A DNA stretch of 64,000 bases, taken from NCBI RefSeq assembly GCF_021869535.1, contig NW_026262637.1, forward strand, positions 8,990,001-9,054,000, in the 5' to 3' direction. Source of the stretch: Mytilus californianus. Taxonomy: Eukaryota. Position 1 is the stretch's first letter, and each line of letters starts with the position of its first letter. Below, piece by piece: positions 55,430 through 64,000 of this stretch. Below the pieces are notes generated by a model. That model saw only the letters and a program-made list of their open reading frames with translations, had not been told where the DNA came from and did not search any database. A program made the translations under genes and the position numbers.

Positions 55430-57677
55430 CGAAGACACATTGGTTTTCGCACTATAACTTTAGTTTAAGTAAATAGAAATCTATGAAATTTAAACACAAG
55501 GTTTATGACCACAAAAGGAAGGTTGGGATTGATTTTGGGAGTTTTGGTCCCAACAGTATAGGAATAAGGGGCCAAAAAAGGGCCCAAATAAGCATTTTTC
55601 TTGGTTTTCGCACAATAACTTTAGTATAAGTAAATAGAAATCTATGAAATTTAATTACAAGGTTTATGAACACAAAAGGAAGGTTGGGATTGATTTTGGG
55701 AGTTTTGGTCCCAACAGTTTAGGAATAAGGGGCCAAAAAGAGGCCCAAATAAGCATTTTTCTTGGTTTTAGCACAATAACTTTAGTATAAGTAAATAGAA
55801 ATCTATGAAATTTAAACACAAGGTTTATGACCCTAAAAAGAAGGTTGGGATTGATTTTGGGAGTTTTGGTCCCAACAGTTTAGGAATTAGGGGCCCAAAG
55901 GGTCCAAAATTAAACTTTGTTTGATTTCATCAAAAATTGAATAATTGGGGTTCTTTGATATGCCGAATCTAACCGTGTATGTAGATTCTTAATTTTTTGT
56001 CCCGTTTTCAAATTGGTCTACATTAAGGTCCAAAGGGTCCAAAATTAAACTTAGTTTGATTTTAACAAAAAATGAATTCTTGGGGTTCTTTGATATGCTG
56101 AATCTAAACATGCACTTAGATTTTTGATTATGTGCCCAGTTTTCAAGTTGGTCCAAATCGGGGTCCAAAATTAAACGTTGTTTGATTTCAACAAAAATTG
56201 AATTCTTGGGGTTCTTTGATATGCTGAATCTAAACATGTACTTAGATTTTTGATTATGGGCCCAGTTTTCAAGTTGGTCCAAATCGGGGTCCAAAATTAA
56301 ACTTTGTTTGATTTCAACAAAAATTGAATATATGGGGTTCTTTGATATATGCTGAATCTAAACATGTATTTAGATTTTTGATATTTGGGCCCGGTTATCA
56401 AACTGGTCCACATTGAGGTCTCAAGGGTCCAAAATTGAACCTTATTTGATTTCATCAAAATTGAATTTTTGGGGTTCTTTGATATGCTGAATCTAACCAT
56501 ATATTTAGATTTTGGATATTGGACCATAATAGGTAAATGTCCAATTTAAAAATTTTAAGTTTTTAAGTTTAAGTTCTTAGACCCAATCATTCTGTGTCAG
56601 AAACCTATGTTGTGTCAACTATTTAATCACAATCCAAATTCAGAGCTGTATCAAGCTTGAATGTTGTGTCCATACTTGCCCCAACTGTTCAGGGTTCGAC
56701 CTCTGCGGTCGTATAAAGCTGCGCCCTGCGGAGCATCTGGTTTTTCTAGGCATACGCTATTAGAACACATCATTATATACCGGCGAATTCATGTCACGCA
56801 TAACTAATATATCAAGTTTAACTATTTTCCAACGGGTGTATTTCATTGACGTTTGAAAATTATAGTTGATTTCTCAGTTCTCACGCATACTCGTAAGAAT
56901 ATAATTATCCAATTTTTCAGATGGGGTATGGTAATCCATGGAGGAATTGACGGGTACAGCAGAATGCTAACTTTTTTAAATCTTGCTCTTGACAATAAGG
57001 CGAGTACAACCTTTCAACCCTTTGCAAACGCCTGTCAGGAGTTTGGAGTACCATCCAGAGTAAGGACAGATCATGGACGGGAAAATCTAGACATTGCAAC
57101 ATTCATGATTGCCCATAGAGGTGCAGACAGGGGATCAATAATAACGGGACGAAGTGTTCACAACCAGCGAATAGAGCGTTTGTGGCGTGACATGTTTCAA
57201 TCATGCACATGTGTCTTCCACCAACTGTTTTATTTCTTGGAGAGAAATGAATGCCTTGATGTTACTAATGAAATGCATTTATGGTGTCTGCAATACATTT
57301 ATGCACCACGTATCAAGGCCGCACTTCAGGTTTTTAAAGATGGGTGGAATAGGCACAGTTTGTCATCGGAACAAGGACATTCTCCTAAACAGTTGTTTGT
57401 TCTTGGTGTGCTACAGCAAGCAGGACAGGGACACCGTGGTATTGATGACCTTTTTGTACAGGAAGAAATTGGAGATATTGAAAATTACGGTATAGACTGG
57501 GCGGGTCCAGTGCCAGAAACCGATTCAAACACCGTAACTGTTCCAACGATAATATGTCCGATTAGTGAAGCGGACTTTCAACAGCTAAGACTGGAAGTCA
57601 ATCCCTTGGCAGAACTAGATGGACTAGGTATAGGTCTTTATTTGCGCGCACTAGCGTTTTGTTTATTGAGGTTGTGA
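45271..57677 (+). CDS. IS3EU-like / rve-type DDE integrase-core transposase; exons 45271-45503, 52134-52304, 52726-53016, 56921-57677 (483 aa, intact)
   Basis: Spliced frame has no stop: GRPRYHISREQLEFL (HTH-like), GPNALWHVDGNHKLIR|WGMVIHGGIDGYSR, PSRVRTDHGREN, SVHNQRIERLWRD give the D-D-E triad. All three introns are GT-AG and phase 2 at both ends. The superfamily label comes from motif recall, not a search. Confidence 0.82.
45691..46256. mobile_element. MITE in integrase intron 1
   Basis: TIRs AGGAGTAGGTTCAGTAAGA / TCTTACCGGACCTACACCT. Confidence 0.7.
46975..47395 (+). mobile_element. Penelope-like element fragment (post-RT region, Neptune-like)
   Basis: YLHRNSCHSQHVFRGFIKGEAIR, NRGY, IPLVLITKYN, and after an (AT)n break PIVAYSKHKSVGDML. 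Confidence 0.65.
48752..50575. mobile_element. Inverted-repeat element with about 130-bp arms (GGTGGTGTTCTCGAAGCT...)
   Basis: 48752-48885 is the imperfect reverse complement of 50443-50575; extra terminal motif at 50267-50283 and partial motifs at about 49170-49235. Confidence 0.55.
49745..50260 (-). mobile_element. Non-LTR retrotransposon (LINE) ORF2 3' relic
   Basis: Broken translation LKLRLQDQYKQLW, FKLELNFEKY, ILCRYRTT, KCHFC..GDEFHYLLECPFFNDSRK is the post-RT Cys/His motif region typical of CR1/L2-group LINEs. Confidence 0.72.
53770..54367. mobile_element. MITE-like element in integrase intron 3
   Basis: Ends TTATCCCCGGCTTAGT / ACTAAGACCGGGGATAA are imperfect inverted repeats. Confidence 0.55.
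55347..56745 (+). mobile_element. Helentron-associated (HINE/DINE-1-like) non-autonomous element with internal satellite arrays
   Basis: 5' inverted pair TATACGACCGCAAAAA/TTTTTTGCGGTCGTATA, (GTC)n microsatellite, 161-bp units at 55442/55603/55764, about five 126-138-bp units at 55900-56520, 3' subTIR TGCGGTCGTATAAA plus short GC hairpin, T-rich flanks. Confidence 0.75.
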
Positions 57678-58855
57678 ATTTAATCATGTTTTTATTAGTG
57701 AAACAAATGAGGTTGTCGCCTTTGATAAACTGATGCACAGATACTAATTTATTTCACATCCTAAGCAACATTTTAGAAGAGCTTGATCTTAATTAATGCT
57801 GTTGAAAGATTATTTAAGTCAATATGAGACATGGTTATAATAGTTGAGATGATACAAAATGTAACTATAATCATTGTGATATTAACAATTTTGTGAAAAT
57901 ATGTATTATTTAATGATAATATTGTCTAAAGAAGGGACTGAAACTATTTTAAAAATGTTCATAGGAGAAATATATCTCACTCTGTAAATATTACTGCTAT
58001 TTTTAAAAACGGAGCTTGATTGTCAGAGTTATCTTTGCATTCTACAAAAGAATTGTATTTATTACTTCAAAATAAAATTTGTCAGCACACTGTTTGCTAT
58101 GATAAGTGGACGGAAGTTTTTGATATTGCATATCATGATCTTCATAAAGCGTGGAACAATGTCACTTTTACTTAAAACCATCTATGTTAGTGGATCTAGA
58201 TGTCAAAACAGCACATCATTGTATTTTTACTTGTAGACTTATGACTATCAACCTTTAATTTTTTTGATGTTTATGAAAAGGGAGAGCATATCACTCAATT
58301 ATTTCTATTATGTTCTGAACTAGTAAAATCTCCTACGTTTGTGCGACAGAAGTTGTTAGTTTTATTGGATAATGTTGATTGATAAAAATTAATATATTCT
58401 TGTACGAAGAAGTATTTATGTTTGGTTTACATAACACTACAGGGAGATAACTCTGTAAAAATCAGCTGAATGTTTAAATCACGTTTTATTATAAAGGAAA
58501 TATTGAGCTTCTCAATTATTATTTTTTTTGTTAAAGTGTCAAAGTGAACAGAATATTTTGTTTTTATGAAAATACAACGAGCAAAATCAATTATATTCAA
58601 GGTGTTTGGTACCACCTTAATTGGATCCTTAAAAGGTATAAATGTTAGTTTTGTCAATTTCATGTTGCTTATATCGAGATATTTATCTTCATCAGAAGGA
58701 CTTTAAATTACTTTAAAATGTAAACAGTAATGTTGGTAATTTCAAATTATTCAAATATACTGTAAAACATTATATAACTAACCTGCATGAATATTTGTGC
58801 AGTTTAAGATGTATGAGAAATGTTTGGTTTTTTTTTAAACACTTTTTAAAGTAAA

Positions 58856-61800
58856 TAAAATTGAGAATGGAAATGGGGAATGTGTCAAAGAGACAACAAC
58901 TCGACCATAGAACAGACAACAGCAGAAGGTCACCAACAGGTCTTCATTGCAGCGAGAAATTCCCGCACCCGGAGGCGTCCTTCAGCTGGCCCCTAAACAA
59001 ATATATATACTAGTTCAGTGATAATGAACGCCATACTAAACTCCAAATTGTACACAAGAAACTAAAATTAAAAATAATACAAGACTAACAAAGGCTAGAG
59101 GCTCCTGACTTGGGACAGGCGCAAAAATGCGGCGGGGTTAAACATGTTTATGAGATCTCAACACTCCCCCTATACCTCTAGCCAATGTAGAAAAGTAAAC
59201 GCATAACAATACGCACATTAAAATTCAGTTCAAGAGAAGTCCGAGTCTGATGTCAGAAGATGTAACCAAAGACAATAAACAAAATGACAATAATACATAA
59301 ATAACGACAGACTACTACGGTTAACTGACATGCCAGCTCCAGACTTCAATTAAACTGATTGAAAGATTATGTCTTCATCATATGAATATCAGGCACTATC
59401 CTTCCCGTTAGGGGTTTAGTAACAGTATCGTAACTATATCCCTTCTTAATAAGTCTATTTAAAGGTTTTGTTAGCTTCAGAGGTGATTACTGACATTTTT
59501 GTGCTTTATAAAGAATATTTCCATAAAAAATTGGATGTGAAATACCTGAACGTATAAGAAGTCTGCATGTTGAGCTATATTTACGAATGATGTCCTTATA
59601 CCGATGATAAAATTTAGTAAATGTTTTGACTAGTTTGTGATATCGAAAACCCTGGTGTAATAATTTTTCAGTAATACATAAATTTCTCTCGTTAAAATCT
59701 AAAACATTGTTACATACACGAGCGAATCGTACAAGTTGAGATATATAAACACCGTAAGATGGTGACAAGGGAACGTCACCATCTAAAGATGGATAATTAA
59801 CGATAGGAAATGAAAAATCATCTCTTTTATCATATATTTTAGTATTAAGCTTTCCGTTAATGATATAGATATCAAGATCGAGGAAAGGGCAGTGGTCATT
59901 GTTAGTATAAGCTTTATTTAAAGTAAGTTCAACAGGATAAATTTCTTTATATATATATAGTATACATACTGAAGTCGTCATTATTGAGAGCCAAAATATC
60001 ATCCAAATATCTAAAAGTATTATTAAATTTGTGTATCAGATGTTGTTTCGATGGGTCTTTGCTGATTTTTGTCATAAATTGTAACTCATAGCAATACAAA
60101 AAAAGGTCCGCAATAAGTGGTGCACAGTTAGTCCCCATTGGAATTCCGATAACTTGACGATATACGGAATCTCCAAAGCGAACAAAAATGTTATCTAGTA
60201 AAAATTCAAGGGCATATATAGTATCAAAGCATGTCCAATTGACATAGTTTTTTTGTTTATTGCTACTAAAAAATGACCTAAAAGAGTTTGAACATATATA
60301 TTCACATTCTGACTTTTTAAATGCCCATTTAATTAGGTGTGTGAATTTTTTCTTAATGAGAATGTGAAGCAATGTGGTATATAGGGTAGAAAAATCAAAA
60401 CTTTGAACAGATTCAAAATCACCAATATATGCATGTAATTTATCAAGTACTTCCAACGAGTTCTTGACACTCCAATAGTAATTAATTCCACTATTTTCGA
60501 AGGCCTTATTTGAACAATTTATTATCAGGTTTTTGATTGTACCAAGTGTACTGGTAAGAAGAATAGACAATTTAGTAGTGGAACAATGGCTTGAAGACGA
60601 AATAAATCTATATTTGTAAGGTGTTTTGTGTAGCTTCGGAAGCCAATACATAGTTGGGACTTTCATTGTATTTGGTTCTGCTTGTAAAGCGGTAGCTAAA
60701 AGTTTATGTTTGTTACAGATGTCGTTTTCTGAAAATGGAGTCAGTTGGAATGTTGGTGAATTGGTGATTTCTTTTTTCAGAACCTCAATGTAAAATTTAT
60801 TTCAAACAATAATAATATTATTAGCAGCTTTATCGGCCGGGACAAAAACAAATTCCTTGGCTAGTTCTTTTAGTTTATGTTTGATACGAGAAATAGGTTT
60901 ATTGTGGTTATTGTTAAGAGTAAAATGTTCTTTAAAATGTTGAATACGTATATCAACTATGTTCATTACTGAATTAAAAAAAGAGTCCAAAGATTTTTTG
61001 TCAGCTTTTTCCCGTTTTATCCATTTCAAACAGTAAGTATGGAGTCAGTCGTGGATGATATTACGACACTCATTCCAATTAATAATTGACGGGGGACGAT
61101 ATTTAGGTCCTTTACTGAGGAATGGTTTTAACTCTCGGTCTTGAACGATGTTAAGATCTCCTGTTATAACATGGGAAATGGGTCCATAAATGTATTCGGA
61201 ATTACTGCAATTACATGAAGTAGGTGTATTTTCACTGATATTAACATCTTTACACAATTGGCTATAATTAAACACAAATTTCCGGGTAGATTTCTTGTAA
61301 ATATAACAAATAAGAGGGAGCTCAGTATTATCAAAATATCCCGGAATTTGTTCTTTAACAGAATGGTCGTTAAAAATACCGGCAATATTTACAAAATCAA
61401 AACCTTTATTGACATACTTTATTTTAATAAACTGTTTTTTATGATCTTCAGGGCGATCAATTTTGGGAAACAGTTTAGAATAACAATATGCCATTATAAT
61501 TTGAACGATTTCATACTTAGGACTGCTATATGAAATTGTGTTGCAATCCTCTAAAATTTTATTTAACTTATTAACCGGTAATGAACAGAGCTTTGTTAAC
61601 AGATAATGTCTGCCGTTGTTTTTTGAAATAGAAATTAGGTCCGAAATATTGGTATGATTGGTCCGAAATTTTCTTTGATTGCGATTTTTTCTACGACCAT
61701 GAGAACGGTTTTTACGAACAGTTTTAGAAACTATATCCAAAATGTTAACAGAATCGGTTCTTGATATATTACCAATTCCCATGATATTATCATTAAGACC

Positions 61801-62110
61801 GAGAGGGTAGACTGTCTGTAATTTTTTAATCCAATTTAATTCAATTATTTTCCGTGATCGTACAAACTTTGAATGAGATTCACCAGGCTGCTTATTTACT
61901 ACTTCTAAAGGTTGAACTGCTAAATATTTAATAGGATGATTGTGCTTCTTAAGGTGTTGATAAATGATACTTTTGAATTTATTGGGTCTTTTAAAACGAT
62001 ACAGATGTTCTTGAGTGCGTTTAGATAAATATCGTCCAGTTTCACCTACGTACTGAATACTACTTGTGCAAGAGACTGAAGGTACCATTGCATTCAATAT
62101 ATGAGTATTG
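58856..62110 (-). mobile_element. Naiad-type Penelope-like retroelement (N-terminal GIY-YIG, CxC linker, C-terminal RT), damaged copy with two in-frame TGA codons
   Basis: QYVGETGR..KRTQEH, ELNWIKKLQTVYPLGLN (EN); SCNC..HVITGDL..KGPKYR (linker); PADKAANN, YWLPKLHKTP, FDFSTLYT, GIPMGTNCAPLIADLFLY, FRYLDDIL (RT). ORFs 61045-62097, 60802-61029 and 59947-60666 share one frame and are joined through TGA 61047-61045 and TGA 60804-60802. There is a 10-nt (AT)5 frameshift at 59958-59949, TAA at 59487, and the 3' UTR runs to 58856. Confidence 0.92.
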
Positions 62111-62687
62111 TGTTGATAATATATGTCAAACTTTTAAACTTTGTTTTGTGAATATTCTTGTGTAATATCTAATATAAATATTGTATATAAATATTGAATA
62201 TTTGAATAAAGAAAAATAATTATTTCAATGCTAAACATGCTAAATAAAGATAAATAAAAAAATATTTAAATGCTAACTAAAGAGTCACAATAAGCATAAT
62301 TATGTGTTAATTTATAATATGAATATGCTCATGCAGTCAAGTAAAATTTGTTTAATAAAATTAAGAATGGAGGCGGGTAAAAATGGACGTCATACTAAAC
62401 TCCAAACATATGAATGAACTATAGTTTAAAAAAAACACACACAAGACTAACAAAGGCCAGAGGCTCCTGACTTGTAATGCTCATTTCAGTTGTGAAATTA
62501 TGTGAATTATATGTTTCTATCATTTGAATTGTATGCTATATTATTGTAATTTTTTAGCTGTCTGGGTTATCGTCAATATGAATATATTAATATGACTTTC
62601 ATATACGCTTTTAAAGAAAGAGGACCTTAAAACAATTTCAGTCTTAGTTTTTACTGTTCAGGCCCTTACTCCAACGGGACACCAATA

Positions 62688-63466
62688 CCCCGTTCACACT
62701 AGCCTTGTTAAACCGGGTTCGACCCGAATTAGTTAATCCGGGTTAAATTTAGATAGTGTGAACGCCTTAAACCGGGGCGAACCCAGTTTAAAATTACCCC
62801 CCATTTGAGGTGGAGTTAATGTGGGTCGAACCTGGGTTAACTACCTCACTTCTAAATGTGAACGCAAAGTGAAGGTGATGTGAGGTTGTTGCTACAGTGA
62901 TATATATGACGTTTGCTTAAATAAGTCTTCAATGTGACTTAACTATTACGTGACGTCATATTTTGACAGACGTCCAGTAACAATATTTTTAAAATGGGTC
63001 AAGAATTATATAACCCATATCAAATTAGCGGCAGCAAGCCCTGTGATATAAGTGTATTTACCTATGTTGAAAAACCTGCATAATGAAAAACGATGAATAC
63101 AATATATATATATATATGATTGCCGTTGCTTTTTGGTGCGAAAAATGGGTGCAATTTGGATCAAGTGCCATTATTTTAAAACACTGAAAGTGGTTGATGG
63201 TGATCGAACTCCTCCAAAGCGACCAGGAGTGCGGTAAAAAATTTCAGACTTTAAAATAATGCATCTGTGGTGAAACAAAATGTAAATATGTACAGTTGAC
63301 AGATGCGGGTTACAATTTTAGCGCTAACATTTCTATTTTTGTTGAGAGGGAAAATCCCAAACCGGGTTAATTTTTTATCAAGACTATATTAGTGTGAACT
63401 GGGGTAATTAATTCGGGTTAATTAACCCGAGTTCGACCCGATGCTAATTTTATAGTGTGAACACGG
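62688..63466. mobile_element. Non-autonomous TIR element flanked by TA
   Basis: TA|CCCCGTTCACACTA ... TAGTGTGAACACGG|TA, with subterminal GGTTCGACCC/GTTCGACCCG and GTGTGAAC repeats. Confidence 0.75.
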
Positions 63467-64000
63467 TACAAAACTCAAAAAGACAAACAACAGTAAACAA
63501 AACAACACATAAAACTGAAGACCGAGCAACAGGAACACTACCGAAAACCTCGATTGATATCAAAGGCTCCGGAAGGGTAAGCAGATATTGCTTCAACTGC
63601 GACACCCGTCGTCACGTGTTATTATGACAATATATTAATAAGTTAGATGACATATTATTATTTTTATTAGCTGGAGTAGATTGTCTCGCGGTATATTGAA
63701 TTATTTAGTGAGAGGACGTCATCTATATATATTATAGAGGAAAGTTAAGTCAAAGGATATGCTAGCTTCTTTTATTCTTCCTAAGAAGCTCCTGTATGAA
63801 TTCAGCATAATATTAATAAAGGAACAAGTACACAAGGAGAGGAGCATAGTTGGTTCCCATGAATGGACTTTCTAAATGTTGAAAAACACGTCCTTCAAAT
63901 GTAACAAATATGTTGTATATCCAGAAATCAAACATCTTGATAATGTCAGTTTCAGCGATTGAGTTGGTTTGAATCGGTGATTTTTGTCGAGCATGTAACT

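Noticed and set aside
55989-56527. Repetitive peptide ORFs (MDPDLDQLENW...)
   Set aside because: Translation of the satellite array inside the Helentron-type element.
61045-61047. First in-frame TGA as a confident selenocysteine
   Set aside because: Context H-D-x-L-H does not look like a Cys column, and one change from TCA explains it; left undecided.
1-64000. tRNA, rRNA or prokaryotic operons
   Set aside because: No cloverleaf or rRNA-like segment recognised by eye, and the genes have spliceosomal introns; a tRNAscan-SE or Infernal run would be needed to exclude small RNAs fully.

Overview
AT-rich, intron-containing animal genomic DNA. The repeat landscape and gene families suggest a bivalve mollusc, probably a Mytilus-like mussel (inference). 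It is not prokaryotic, and I found no rRNA, tRNA or CRISPR array. Genes reconstructed by hand from splice signals: two tandem two-exon fem-1-like ankyrin genes (minus strand); a four-exon secreted collagen-C1q protein (plus); three related RRM-like terminal exons, two with an identifiable upstream exon (minus); a B-box/coiled-coil/NHL TRIM-like pseudogene; and an intact four-exon IS3EU-like DDE integrase gene whose introns are full of repeats. Mobile DNA includes a Tc1/mariner relic, LINE and Penelope-like fragments, MITEs, a Helentron-associated element and minisatellites. The standout is a Naiad-type Penelope-like retroelement at 58.9-62.1 kb (N-terminal GIY-YIG, CxC linker, C-terminal RT). 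Its long frame runs through two in-frame TGA codons, one at an apparent Cys position. A 3'-end copy of the same family at 8.1-8.85 kb carries a textbook type II SECIS hairpin just downstream of the ORF stop. Together these point to a selenocysteine-recoding retrotransposon family, although the long copy here is damaged.
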